A DNA stretch of 62,937 nucleotides, counting the filler, from Octopus bimaculoides (lineage: Eukaryota), in assembly GCF_001194135.2 (NCBI RefSeq). It is 5 parts of 5 records of this genome, joined end to end, with 100 filler letters (N's around TTAATTAATTAA, not from the genome) between each part and the next. Parts side by side here need not be neighbours in the genome. Positions count along the whole stretch, not along the records: positions 1 to 11,052 come from NC_068991.1; positions 11,153 to 23,781 come from NC_068987.1; 3 more parts are not named here. One strand, given 5' to 3'. The notes under the pieces were generated by a model, which had not been told where the DNA came from, searched no databases, and worked only from the letters and a program-made list of their open reading frames with translations. The position numbers and the translations under genes were made by a program. Below are positions 1 through 14,249 of the stretch, one piece after another. The stretch's first letter is position 1. The number at the start of each line of letters is the position of its first letter.

Positions 1-141
1 AGAGAGAGTACTTTCATCTCCAGCTAGAATTTCCTGTGCACGTGGGACTTGAAGTAGTCGATGAGGAGTTAACCGAAGAGGAAGGTGTCTTTCCTCAATC
101 CTTTCAGCCTATTTAAGTCCAATTCCTTACCCAGGCACAAT

Positions 142-173
<32 letters not shown>

Positions 174-656
174 CTCCTGTGATACACATACGCAACGCGC
201 GAGCACACACACACACGCACACACACACACACACAAACAAACACACACGCACACAATTCCACACATGTGTATGAAACCCAGTATCAGCCAAAAGAAAAAT
301 AAAATGAATAACAACCACTAAAGAAACATCCATACAAGTTTTCTGTATAAGGAACAGGTGACTTCATTTCACTTCCTTGTTAAATTGATACTAAGTATGT
401 CTGTGTGTAGAAGGAGAGAGAGGGTGGGGAGAGAGAGAGAAAGAGAGAATGAAAGAGAAAATCTACAGTTTTTGTCTACATAATAGACAGTCTATTCCAT
501 GCATATATACAACACACAAACACAGCATAGACAGGAAATTGTCACTATATGCATGCATGCATAAGAAAGAAAAAAAAGGTTAAGCTATGAACTTCATTAG
601 CTTACAACTGTTTCTAAGATGCAGTGGATTCTTAGTTGAGTGCTTGGATAACATCC

Positions 657-688
<32 letters not shown>

Positions 689-2190
689 TGTATGTATGTA
701 TGTATGTGTATATATATATATATATATATATAAACACATGAAACTCTAATTCATCAGAGCTGTTTCAGCACATGTGTAATGTGTATTAGCGTAACCAGGT
801 GGGTTGGGTGACCCCACATCTACGGAATTATGCAGATATTGTCTCAGGGGTTTTCACATTAGAATGTTAATCCACACCCCAACATTAAAGAGTCTCACTT
901 TTCTTACTATTTTTTACGTTGTTCTTTGTGTATATATATGTCTCTCTTTCGTTCAATCTTTCCATCCTGCCCTCCACTTCTCCTGTACTGTCTCTGACAC
1001 CTCTGTCCCCTTTCTCGACATTTCGGTCAGCATCCTCCNNNNNNNNNNNNNNNNNNNNNNNNNNNNNNNNNNNNNNNNNNNNNNNNNNNNNNNNNNNNNN
1101 NNNNNNNNNNNNNNNNNNNNNNNNNNNNNNNNNNNNNNNNNNNNNNNNNNNNNNNNNNNNNNNNNNNNNNNNNNNNNNNNNNNNNNNNNNNNNNNNNNNN
1201 NNNNNNNNNNNNNNNNNNNNNNNNNNNNNNNNNNNNNNNNNNNNNNNNNNNNNNNNNNNNNNNNNNNNNNNNNNNNNNNNNNNNNNNNNNNNNNNNNNNN
1301 NNNNNNNNNNNNNNNNNNNNNNNNNNNNNNNNNNNNNNNNNNNNNNNNNNNNNNNNNNNNNNNNNNNNNNNNNNNNNNNNNNNNNNNNNNNNNNNNNNNN
1401 NNNNNNNNNNNNNNNNNNNNNNNNNNNNNNNNNNNNNNNNNNNNNNNNNNNNNNNNNNNNNNNNNNNNNNNNNNNNNNNNNNNNNNNNNNNNNNNNNNNN
1501 NNNNNNNNNNNNNNNNNNNNNNNNNNNNNNNNNNNNNNNNNNNNNNNNNNNNNNNNNNNNNNNNNNNNNNNNNNNNNNNNNNNNNNNNNNNNNNNNNNNN
1601 NNNNNNNNNNNNNNNNNNNNNNNNNNNNNNNNNNNNNNNNNNNNNNNNNNNNNNNNTATGTATGTATATGTGTATGTATGTATGTATCTATGTGTGGGTG
1701 GGTGTGTTATTGTGTCTGTGTTTGTCCTCCAATCACCGGTTGACAACCGGTGTTGGTGTGTTTATATCCCTGTAAATTAGAAGTGCAGCAAAAGACCGCG
1801 ATAGAATAAGTAACAGGCTTTAAAAAAATGTTTTGGGGTCGATTTGTCCTACTAAAAACCCTTCAGAGCGATACATTAGTTTATAGGGATCCACCAGAGT
1901 AAAATAGAAATCAAAGAGGTCCATAGGCAAAAAAAAAAAAAAAAAGACGGTGATAGGATAATAGCTGAGGAAGATCTGACTGCATGTCTTGCAGTTCAAA
2001 TATTCATCGACAAGCCTCTTCGTTTGCTTATACAGATAGTCTAATGGCAGTCAGCAGTGCTGGTATTTTTGATATTTAGAAGCGATAAAAGGAAATTGTA
2101 GTGGGAGAGCAATAGTGTTGGATCTTGTGTTCTTGATTTCAATGGTTTTATTTGTGTCTGAGTATCACATACACATGTACGCACATACTA

Positions 2191-2570
2191 TCTTTTATCT
2201 TTTACCTGTTTCAGTCATTTGACTGCGACCATGCTGGGGGAATCGCCTTGAAGGGTTTTAGTCGAACAAATTGACCCAAGGACTTTTTTAAAGCCTAGAG
2301 CTTATTCTATTGGTCACTTTTTTGAATCGCAAAGTTACGGTGATATAAACACACCAACACCGGTTAACAAACACAGACACAATGACACACACATACATAT
2401 ATATATATACGACAGGCTTCTTTCAGTTTCCGTCAACCAAATCCACTCACAAGTTTTTGGTAGGTCAGAAGTTATTGTAGAAGACAACTGCCCAAGGTGC
2501 CACGCAGTGGATCTGAACTCGGAACCATGTGATTGGGAAGCAGGCTTCTTACCACACAGCTACGCCTGCG
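2191..2570 (-). mobile_element. tRNA-derived SINE family A (full length)
   Basis: tRNA-like head with A/B boxes, central microsatellite, conserved body (GATAGAATAAG..CCAGCATGG.CGCAGTCAAATGACTGAAAC) and AAAAGA-type tail. Confidence 0.85.
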
Positions 2571-3015
2571 TCTACATATGACAGAAATCATTTGCACAAT
2601 AATTCGCAAAGCCGAAATCACGTGATTATGAAGCAAACAATTTAAACACACAGCCATATCTACTTTGTTTTATTGTATGTTTTCCTTTCCTTCTGTTTTG
2701 GTTTATTTCATTTTATCCAAACATCCTTAGAAATGGTTACACAGAAGTTGCAGATTTTACGAATATATATTTGTTTTAAATTTAATATCCTTTCACGAGG
2801 CTTTTTTAATTGTACAAGTTGTAATTCCTTTTGATTTGGTTCTCAATGCTTTCTGAGATCACGCAGCAACAAATTGGAAGCGAAGAAGAAAATAGGCTCA
2901 AATTTCGGACCGACATCTCTTCAATGAAGGAAATTATGTGGGTCTATAGCCACGCACGTGCTTGCTGTAGATAAGGCTGTCTGCTTGCGTTCTGTTACAA
3001 TCTTTTAGCTTTCAT

Positions 3016-3198
3016 CTCTTACTCGTTTCAGTTATTCGACTGCGACCATGCTAGGGCACCACCTCAAAGGATTTTAGTCGAAAGAATCGAGCCCGGTACT
3101 TTTTTGTTAAAATTCTATCAGCGTCTATGACCGAACCGCTAGATTTCGGGGACGTAAACGAATACCGGTTGTCAAGTGGTGATGGTGGTGGACAAGTT

Positions 3199-3237
<39 letters not shown>

Positions 3238-3411
3238 TGTGTGTAGGTGCAGGCGTGGCTATGCAGTAAGAAGCTTGCTTCCTAACCACGTGGTTCCGGG
3301 TTCAGTTCCACTGCGTGGCGCCTTGGGAAAGTGTCTTCTATCATGGTCTCGGGCCAACCAAAAAGCATTGTGAGTGTATTTGGTTGACAGAAACTGAAAG
3401 AAGCCCGTTGA
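3016..3411. mobile_element. Two family A SINE halves (3016-3195 minus, 3249-3411 plus)
   Basis: Same consensus blocks as the other family A copies. Confidence 0.75.
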
Positions 3412-3446
3412 ATGTGTATGTATGTGTGTGTGTATGTGTGTGTGTA

Positions 3447-3492
<46 letters not shown>

Positions 3493-3795
3493 NNNNNNNN
3501 NNNNNNNNNNNNNNNNNNNNNNNNNNNNNNNNNNNNNNNNNNNNNNNNNNNNNNNNNNNNNNNNNNNNNNNNNNNNNNNNNNNNNNNNNNNNNNNNNNNN
3601 NNNNNNNNNNNNNNNNNNNNNNNNNNNNNNNNNNNNNNNNNNNNNNNNNNNNNNNNNNNNNNNNNNNNNNNNNNNNNNNNNNNNNNNNNNNNNNNNNNNN
3701 NNNNNNNNNNNNNNNNNNNNNNNNNNNNNNNNNNNNNNNNNNNNNNNNNNNNNNNNNNNNNNNNNNNNNNNNNNNNNNNNNNNNNNNNNNNNNNN

Positions 3796-3874
<79 letters not shown>

Positions 3875-4660
3875 ATAGCGTTTACAAGCTGCAAGTTCAA
3901 GTATGATAAACGCACAAGCAGGAAAATTTTAATCTTTGATCCTCTAATGTAGCTCATAAGGTTTTTTTTAGGGGTACTGCGAAGTAATTTATTGTGTATT
4001 AGTTCAAATCGTGATAAACCATATCATAAATATATTTATTCATTCAAAATATCCTTAGCAAACCTATTTTTCCATTTTGAAACTAGTTTCTGTCTTCTAT
4101 GGCAAAAAGTCAGGTTCTTTAGATGAGAAAATATGTTTGGATACCGTTTTGCGGTCGTCTCTGCTTCTGAATGCTTTCCACTGCTAGAGTGTTCAAGTGA
4201 TCTGAATAAGTGGAAATCTCGTGCAATGTCTGGTGGGTAGGGATTATGAAGTAGAGTTTCTCAGCAAAGGATTGTATCTTTTCTTGGAATATCTTCAGTG
4301 AACGTGAACAGGCATTATAATGTTGCTGGATGACTTCATTTCTGTTGTGCACTCTTCCCTTCTCTATACACTTTCCCAATCTGTTTGAAATGATCTTACA
4401 CATCGCTATTGCCATCGTTTTTACGTCCATTCTTTTCAATGCTTACATGGGTCTGACGGAATATGTTAAAGGTTGATTTTCTACAACCGGATGCCCTTAA
4501 TGCCGTCAAACTTGTTTCCAAGCAAGGTAATAATCGTCATGATCAGACATATTTTTACGAATGAATGAAATCAAAGAACACCGTTTGCATGACGTTGACA
4601 TTCATTTACAATCACCATATGAAGTTAAGGTAGTAACACAGACACACAGACACACACACC

Positions 4661-4713
<53 letters not shown>

Positions 4714-6301
4714 AGTCCACTCCAGTATTGAATCCAAGTCGAGTCATAGATGGCCATATATATACCAAAAATTTTTTAAATCACTTGAGCAGTATAAGCG
4801 GACAGCGTCATTCAAGGGAATTGAACTACGCTTCTGCCAAATGCCATGGTACCACCAAATCCAACTTTAATTGTCAAATTCTTAGACTTCAAAATACCAG
4901 TGTAAATTCTCATAAGTCAGTAAAAATATGGACAGTGGCAACCACAGGAGACGAATCAGAATTCAGCAAATCCCTCTGGTGTAGTGGTATCATGGTTGTG
5001 ATTACATATGTATATAGATATTTCGCTTAGGCATTGTGAGACTAATAACCTGGTGCAGGACTCAATATACGTATGTTTTTCAGAACAAAGTGTTAGATGA
5101 CTATTAACGCTGTCTTCAAGAAAAAATTGACAGTAACTTCCAAGATTTCAGCCTTCATAAATAATTCTATTATTTTCAATGCAGAGAAATAAATCACCAA
5201 CAAGAAGGAATATGATATTAATCAGCATGACATTTGTTACAAGAACATGACCAATATTACCTCAAGTTATTTTCTCGTATTTCCTTTCCCGGTTCTCTGC
5301 CATCCACAATTCCAAATATTTCTTTCACCGGTTGAAAGTTGCCTATTCTGGAGAACTTTTATAAGCGCTTGTATGTGGGGAGAGAGGTATGTGTGTGTTT
5401 GGGTATATGTACGGTGTAGTGTGTGTGTGTGTGGTTTATGTGTTTGAACATGTAGTGTGGGCGTTTATGTGTGTGTGCGTGTGTAGTGTGCTTGTATGTT
5501 TGAGCATGTAGCGTCCGCTGTGTGTGTGCGTGTGCGTGACTGCTTGTGTGTGTGTGTGTGTGTGAGTGTGTGTGTGTGTGTGCGCGCGCGCGTGTATGTT
5601 GAGAAATCCACAGTCGTCATTTTCCCACTGACTATACTAGTTGAAGTTCCGTTCAATTTTTTAAGCTTGAAATATATATTCACTGAATTTTATACATTTT
5701 GTACACGCACACACACACGCGCGCGCGCGCGCGCACACACACACACATACACCCAGACGCACACTTAAGTTCACAGATATATAATTATATGTACACAGTG
5801 CATATATATGACTATGCATGTTATGTATATATATGTGTGTATATGTATGTTTATACCCACATATATATCTGTGTATATGTATGCACACTTACACTTATAT
5901 AAATACACATACTCACAAGCTTATATATACTCACACAAACATGCACGCACCCACACAGTCATACACACACATCTGTACACGTCAGTCACTTAGATAAACA
6001 CAGTCAGACATGTTAGTTACAAGACAGCTAACATAACAATCTTGATGATGATCGGCAAAGTATTTTGTTAAAGTTGTCACCTCAACTGATTCTCTGCTAT
6101 TTTTATTCCATTCTTACACCAAAAGAACAATTCTTCCTTCACAGACATCTTGTATCAGGTTCTACACAACTAATGAAATTTACGTGTAATGCACCGATAT
6201 CGCTTTTCACCACAACACTGCATTTAACTCCAACAAAATTTTGTTCACACCTAATGCAGCAAGCAGTATTTGGTTGCAACATACATACATTCATGCAAAC
6301 A

Positions 6302-6398
<97 letters not shown>

Positions 6399-6510
6399 GT
6401 CAGTGCACACGCAGAAAATTAGTTTAACAAATTGCAATTGAAATTAAGATTATATATTCAGTCGAAGCTTCTGATTTCCTCCACCACGAAATCCTATCAC
6501 TTTATATAAC

Positions 6511-6552
<42 letters not shown>

Positions 6553-6976
6553 CAAACAATCACATACACACAAACTCACGCAGACAAGTACACACGCGCG
6601 CGCACACAGACACAAACATATACAGATGTGTCTAGTAATGAAAATGGATCTACGCCACCTTCGACAATGAGTATTCAATTGCCCAATCAAATGCATAACA
6701 CACTCGTCATATTGACATGTAAATGGCTGAATATTCCACAGTCCGGAACACAACGTAATTCTAAAGTAGACAGAACCTGACATGGCATGTGATGATGCTT
6801 CATCTTTGAACTCCTGGTAAATTCCTTCCGACAGCTCCTGCGCTGTTTTCTCCTACCCTATTTCACTCACAAAGCACACGGCAACTGGAAGCTGCTGAAA
6901 AAAAAATTGCCTAAAGTGCCACATTTTAGGATTGAATCTGGATCACGATTGTGCAGGAGATTCCTTACGCTGATGC

Positions 6977-7059
<83 letters not shown>

Positions 7060-7113
7060 GGCTGTCTGTCTATTTCCCTATCTATCTATCTGCCTGCCTG
7101 TCTCTTTCTCTCT

Positions 7114-7167
<54 letters not shown>

Positions 7168-7896
7168 TGCTAACAATTCCATAGATTTCCGATTACAAAA
7201 CCGTTGTTAATAGTTGCTTTCAATAAATTGCTTTGGGTAACAAAACGAGTGGAACATCACACTACATAACTTGTTCTATAGTCTTACAAAAACCAATCCG
7301 ATGCCTTCAGCTGACTACAGTGTCAAGGTTTTCTTTTTTTTTTTTCTTTTTGGTTCTTTGTCTCATAATTCGAAGTCATAATTTTGAATCATGCCGAATG
7401 ACTGTGTTTATGGAACTTGCTCGGACTTAAAATACAAACATTTATAAAAATTATTTTTATAAAAGGTAGCGGTACCACCCACTGGGTCAATTAGAAAGTT
7501 TTATATACATACAGGGGACAAGGATGGTCGTACAGATGATACAGTCCCTTTAGTTTTTTCTCTCGTATTTAGATAATAATGTTAATAAAATTTTAAATGT
7601 ATGATTATGATAAACTGCTTACTAGTCAATAATCGCAACAACGACATCAACAATAATCATTGATTTTGACAAGGAAACAACAAATAAACGAAACCGATTA
7701 CATGACGCCTGTATATGGAAATTAAAAACAATAAACTAAAGTATAATTTGAAAGATGCTGTTAACATTTGTGGGTATTCTCATACAAGCAATGAAGACGG
7801 CCATTGCAAATGTAGCGCTAGACAATGTCCCTGACCTATGGGTGCGCATATATATATATATATATGCACATGTACATGGTTATATATTGTTAATTC

Positions 7897-8027
7897 TACA
7901 GGGTGTCCACAAAGTCTGGGTTCATGGGGATTAACACATACTTTAAGAAATCATTATTTCTTATATTTAATTGTTTATGTTATGATTTTATTTACTCCAG
8001 GTACCTAGACTTTGTGGACACCCTGTA
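7897..8027. mobile_element. Tc1/mariner-type MITE
   Basis: TA-CAGGGTGTCCACAAAGTCTGGG ... CCTAGACTTTGTGGACACCCTG-TA: ~22-bp TIR with TA target duplication. Confidence 0.9.
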
Positions 8028-8574
8028 GTTATCAATGTAATCACACAAACAAGTGTAAACTCAGATGCGGGTAGAAAAATGAAGGACTGTATATGCGTGT
8101 GTATGTGTGTGAAGATATAGAAAATACAACCATAAACGGAAATATAAAGATAAACTTTAACTGGGAAATGTGTGTGTGTGTGTGTGTGAAACACAGTAGA
8201 AGAGCGGTACTGGAATAAGTAGTATTCGCACCAAACTAGTTCAGAAACTGAATTACTTCGTTTTGATATTACGTTTATGTATATGGTGGTGGCGGCAGGG
8301 GGGATGTGTTGAGAAAAGGAGAAGGTGCAGTAGTTAAAAACTTTTGAGAAGCACTCTTTTACAGGAAGATGTTGAATGGGACAATCACGTCAAGTGTCCA
8401 ATGAAAGATCATGCTATCATTAGCTAGTGTTATCATTACTCCTATATCTTTTAAGTTCAAATTAACCTGGAGTCAATTTTGGCTTACGTCTTAAGAGAGA
8501 AAGCCGATCCAAAAATCACGACGCAGGCATTTTGTGTGATTAAGAAAGTCATTGCGCTTCCCAACTATATGTGC

Positions 8575-9015
8575 CTGAATTCAAATCCACTGTGTGGCAC
8601 CTTGAACAAGTGTTGGTAGACGGAAACTGAAAGAAGCCCGTCGTATATATATATATATATACTTTATTTAAAAGCAGCAGAAATATAACAAAAGACTGTT
8701 ACTCTACTTCTGGTATTTGAGTACTCTTTTTTCCACCTTGTTGCACATTTTATGTGCTTACTCTGGTATATATATATATATAATGTATGTATGTATGTAT
8801 GTATGTATGTATTCGTGTGTCTGTGTTTACCGCCCCACCATCGCTTGACAACCGATGTTAGTGTATTTACGTCCCCGTCAACTTGCGGTTCGGCAAAAGG
8901 GACCGATAGAATAAGTACTAGGCTTACAATGAATAAGTCCTAGGATCGATTTGTTCGACTAAAGGCGGTGCTCCAGCATGGCTGCAGTCAAATGACTGAA
9001 ACAAATGAAAGAATA
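8575..9015 (+). mobile_element. SINE family A with an insert in its central microsatellite
   Basis: Head GTGGCACCTTG..GACGGAAACTGAAAGAAGCCC and complete 3' body. Confidence 0.8.
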
Positions 9016-10783
9016 AAAGAATATATACAGGGATAAGGATATATTAAATACCATACAAGATAATTTGAATGGTTGAACAACGACTTTGTGACACAGCAAA
9101 CAAACAAAAAAGTCTCCAAATGAACTGAGGAAAGGGAATAAAGGACTATCTAAAATGAACATGCCATAAAGAAAAAGAACAACACGATTGTCTAGAGATG
9201 AGAAGATGATTTCTGAAAGCCAAAATCCACCTCTTATAATATTTAAAATAAATTTAGTTATCTCTGTTGTTCAATTATATGTCACTGGAAAGCGGTGAAC
9301 TGGCAGAAACGTTAGCACGCCGGGTGAAATGCTTAGCATTTACGTTGAGTTCAAATTCCTCTGAGGTCGATTTTGCCTTTCATCCTTCCGGGTTCGATAA
9401 ATTAAGTACCAGTTGTGTACTAGGATCGATCTAATTGATTGTCCCCCCCAAAAAAAATTTCAGGCCTTGTGCCTTGAGTAAAAAAGAATTATAAGTCAGT
9501 GGATATTCCGAATTGTTTTTTAGACCATTTTTGTTTCTTGTATGCTAATTCACATAAACCTTAAATGTGTCCTTTGTTTTTGTTTTTGATTGGTATACGC
9601 TTAAGTGTTCATTTGCTGGAAATAAGATAAGACAACGGCTGTGTTGATGATGCCTATTAAGTTGGAAATACATGATTAAGAGTTATTATTCTGTTGTCTC
9701 CAATAAGTCCGACTGTATTTATTCTGTAAGGCATTGGGGGAAAGCTACAGCCTTGTGATACAATGTGTCTTGTTGATTGTACTTGAAAATTACGTAAAGG
9801 TTGTTGAATCGGTGTGCAGATTACTCAGTACACTTTCATTTATGAATAGATAGTTCAACAACTGACGATCGAATAAATAATCATCCTTATAAGCAATGAA
9901 GATCCTTTATAGATATGTTTGTGTGTGTGCGTGTGTGTGTATGTGTGTGTGTGTGTGTGCGCGCGCGCGCACGGGTACATATGTCTGTAATATGTATGCG
10001 AACGGGCGTGTGGATACTTTGTGAAAGGAGGTTTAACATTAATATGGAAAATACGAAGAAATGCAATTACCCGAAAAAGTACTCAATACAGTTTAGAAGA
10101 ACGCACACACACACACACAAATATGTACACAAACACACACACACTCACACACCCACGCACACACACACACACACACACATGTATATATTTATATACAAAG
10201 ACAAACGCATACACACGCTGTTAGATCTGCACGCATAACTACGTGAAGGCATCCACATGCGATCATCAATTGATAACTACTTAAATCAATTACCGCCTGG
10301 AAATGAAGATTACGCATTTTTTAATTACAGTGGCCGTTTGAAGTCTCGGGAAGGTAATTACAAGTAGGTAGAGGCTGTTGCTTTTAATGTCGTGTAATTA
10401 AGTTTGAAATCACACCCTGCTTTACACCACCCACTCTACGTAACACACACACATACTTAAAAGCATATGCCTTATATACTCACAGGTTATAAATACTTGA
10501 ATGCGTATGTATACATATATATGCTTATGGGTGTATATATGTTTACAACTGATGATGGAGTGGGAGGAGAAGAAATAAAGACATCCATTTTTTAGTATCA
10601 GCAAGAAATTGATTGACTACTGTTGCTATGACTACATACAGCATCCAGCAGACATTATTACTATAAAATGAGGATTTAAGGATTGAGTAATAGAGTTAAT
10701 GCTGGTGGTAATTATAATTCTCATGTTAACTGCACTATTATATAACTGCATGTGTGTACCTCATTAGCGCGCACTTACACACA

Positions 10784-10839
<56 letters not shown>

Positions 10840-11052
10840 TGAGTGTGCTGGAATCGTGTAGTTTAAATATAGCATTGACTTTTTTACTTCTGTATATATG
10901 TATCTAATATCTTATCCTGTAAACACACTAAGTTTTATAGAATATTATTCAATATACCCATATATAATATACCTCAACTTGCAGGGACTCATCAATACGA
11001 ATATACATATATATATGTATATATATTTGTGTATATATGTATGTATATATGT

Positions 11053-11152
11053 NNNNNNNNNNNNNNNNNNNNNNNNNNNNNNNNNNNNNNNNNNNNTTAA
11101 TTAATTAANNNNNNNNNNNNNNNNNNNNNNNNNNNNNNNNNNNNNNNNNNNN
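11053..11152. other. Artificial scaffold spacer N44-TTAATTAATTAA-N44
   Basis: Identical 100-bp blocks at 11053, 23782, 39185 and 54667; the 12-mer gives stops in all six frames. Confidence 0.95.
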
Positions 11153-11464
11153 AAAAATCGCCACCGATGTCCACGAGGTTACATTTTGGAAGGACCAGAA
11201 GGGGAAGTGGTGGAGGAAAAGTTCTTTCTAAGACAGGAGAGTGCAAGAGGGAGGTAAATATGTATGCGTGCGCGGGGGTCTGTGTGTGTGTGTGTAATAA
11301 CAGAACGTGTGTGTACGTATGTATGTGTGTGTGTGTGTGTGTGTGCGTGCTTTGGCTGTTTATCTGTTAGTGTGTGTGTGTGTGTGTGTTTGTGTGACAT
11401 AGTGGCAGGAATAGTTTGGGAGTAGTTGTGGTCAATGGTCAGTAGAAAGTAGGCAGTCAGTTTT

Positions 11465-12390
11465 TGAGTATGTGTGTGTGTGTATATGCTTAGTATGTGT
11501 GCGTGTATGTGTTACTGTTTGTTGTGTGTATGTGAGTTATGTGTGGGTTCATTTGCGTGTGTCCATGTGTGAGTGTGTGTATAGGAGCTATGTGTGGGTT
11601 CATTTGCATGTGTGTGTAAGTAGTTCGTTTCTACATGTGTGTGTGTCTTGTGTGCGTGCGTGTGTATGTCTTGTGTGTGTGCATGTGTATGTGTGTGTGT
11701 GTGTGTATGTATACTTGGGTGTGTGTGTGTGTGAGTGCGTGTTGTGTAGGAGTTATGTGTGGGTTCATTTGCATGTGTATGTATGTGGGTTCGTTTCTAC
11801 ATGTGTATGTGTCGTGTGTGCATGTGTATGTGTGTGTGTGTGTGTGATGTGTGAGCATGTGTGTATGTATGTATACTTGGGTGTGTGTAGGAGTTATGTT
11901 TGGGTTCATTTGCATGTGTGCGTATATGGGTTCGTTTGTGCTGGTGTGTGTATGTGTCTTTTGTGCATGTGCGTGTGGATGGGGGTGTGTGCGTGCGTGT
12001 GTCTGTGTGGGGTTGTAAGTGTTGGATACATGTGCGTGTGTGTGTATTTTGTGCGTGCGTGTGTTTGTATATGTTGTGTATATGTGCGTTCCTGTGTACG
12101 TGTGTGTGTGCATGCGTTTGCTTCTGTACGCGCGTGCATGTGCGTGTGTTGTATATGCCCATGTGTGTATGATTGTATGCGTGTCTGTGTTGTGTTTGTG
12201 AGGTGTGTGTGCGAGTATGTGTGTGCGCGTGTGTATGTGTATGTGTGTGTGTGGGATTGTGAGTGTTAGGTACGTGTGCGTGTCTATGTGTCTGTGTCTG
12301 TGCGTGTGTATATTTTTTTGTGCGTGCATGTGTATATTGTGTAGGTTTTCATGCGTGCGTGTGTATGTATGTTGTGTATATGTGCGTGTA
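11465..12390. repeat. Cryptic (TG)n region with a higher-order unit
   Basis: GGAG(T/C)TATGT(G/T)TGGGTTCATTTGC recurs about 4 times within degenerate TG/TATG. Confidence 0.8.
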
Positions 12391-13034
12391 GGAAAAGAAG
12401 AAATAAATTGTGAATAATTGTAATAAAAATAGTGAATAATGGAAATAAGGTAAAATGGATAAGGGCGGAGGGGTTAATATTAAAAAAAAAATGAAAAAAA
12501 GTGGAGAAAAAATAAAGAAAAGTGTTGCTTTGTCGTAAAGGAGAAAGTTATAAGGAGGAGGGGGCTGTGTTGAGTCCGATGGGGAAAGTTGTTCTTAGGT
12601 TGAAAATATAGCGCCTTTCCAGGTGGAGTCGTGAGGGAGTGGATCCATGGTGCAGAGCAAGGCCAAAAACAGGAGATGTTAGAGGGGGAGTGGTTGGCCA
12701 AGTGGAAGTGACGGACGATGGGGGAGTCCGAACCTAACCGAACGTCCCTATCATCATCATCATCATCATCGTTTAACGTCCGCTTTCCATGCTAGCATGG
12801 GTTGGACGATTTGACTGAGGACTGGTGAAACCAGATGGCAACACCAGGCTCCAATCTAATTTGGCAGAGTTTCTACAGCTGGATGCCCTTCCTAACGCTA
12901 ACCACTCACAGAGTGTAGTGGGTGCTTTTACATGTCACCCGCACGATGTATCTCTATTATATATATATATTGATTTCTTACATGAAAAGTAAAAAGATTG
13001 GCATTTTTGTATGGCAAGAGGAGGGCGTGTGTAT

Positions 13035-13425
13035 GTGTATGTGATGGGAGGGAGCATTGCTTAGAATGGTTCTGCGTTCAGTCCCACTGCGTGACACCTT
13101 GGGCGAGTGTCTTCTGCTGTAGCCTTGGGTCGACCAAAGCCTTATGAGTGGATTTGGTAGACAGAAACTGAAAGAAGCCCGTCGTATATATGTATATATA
13201 TATATGTGTGTGTATATCTTTGTGTGTCTGTGTTTGTCTCCCCACCCCATCGCTTGACAACCGATGCTGGTGTGTTTACGTCCCTGTAACTTAGCGGTTC
13301 AGCAAAAGTGGCCGATAGAATAAGTACTAGGCTTACAAAGAATAAGTCCTGGGGTCGATTTGCTCGACTAAAGGCGGTGCTCCAGCATGGCCACAGTCAA
13401 ATGACTGAAACAAGTAAAAGAGTAA
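13035..13425 (+). mobile_element. SINE family A
   Basis: Near-consensus copy with (GTAAAAGA)n tail. Confidence 0.85.
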
Positions 13426-14249
13426 ATAGCCAGGTATGTCTTAGACTACAGTATATGATGAAGTAAACAGCATGTCTCAGGCCACAGAATCCTTAGTAGT
13501 AGTAGTAATATGAGAGTTTGCACTGTAACAGTGCATAACTGCACTAACCATTTGTTGAGAGGATTTCTGTCCCCTGGCGATGACACCTTTGTANNNNNNN
13601 NNNNNNNNNNNNNNNNNNNNNNNNNNNNNNNNNNNNNNNNNNNNNNNNNNNNNNNNNNNNNNNNNNNNNNNNNNNNNNNNNNNNNNNNNNNNNNNNNNNN
13701 NNNNNNNNNNNNNNNNNNNNNNNNNNNNNNNNNNNNNNNNNNNNNNNNNNNNNNNNNNNNNNNNNNNNNNNNNNNNNNNNNNNNNNNNNNNNNNNNNNNN
13801 NNNNNNNNNNNNNNNNNNNNNNNNNNNNNNNNNNNNNNNNNNNNNNNNNNNNNNNNNNNNNNNNNNNNNNNNNNNNNNNNNNNNNNNNNNNNNNNNNNNN
13901 NNNNNNNNNNNNNNNNNNNNNNNNNNNNNNNNNNNNNNNNNNNNNNNNNNNNNNNNNNNNNNNNNNNNNNNNNNNNNNNNNNNNNNNNNNNNNNNNNNNN
14001 NNNNNNNNNNNNNNNNNNNNNNNNNNNNNNNNNNNNNNNNNNNNNNNNNNNNNNNNNNNNNNNNNNNNNNNNNNNNNNNNNNNNNNNNNNNNNNNNNNNN
14101 NNNNNNNNNNNNNNNNNNNNNNNNNNNNNNNNNNNNNNNNNNNNNNTATATATATATATGGGAGAATTTACGAAAAAAACAACAGATGAAGACAGGTGGT
14201 GTAAACAACAAATGGATGTATTAGTTTAACACTCAGGAATAGAGAAAGT

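Noticed and set aside
1-141. Coding-like sequence at the window edge
   Set aside because: The AG..GT-bounded plus segment has stops in all three frames; no consistent exon could be built
11097-11108. Recurring TTAATTAATTAA palindrome as a biological motif or CRISPR-like repeat
   Set aside because: Always centred in exactly 44+44 Ns, so it is an assembly linker
11472-12417. Cys/Val-rich and His/Thr-rich ORFs (metallothionein-like or His-rich look)
   Set aside because: Translations of degenerate (TG)n/(TATG)n; open on both strands and in several frames
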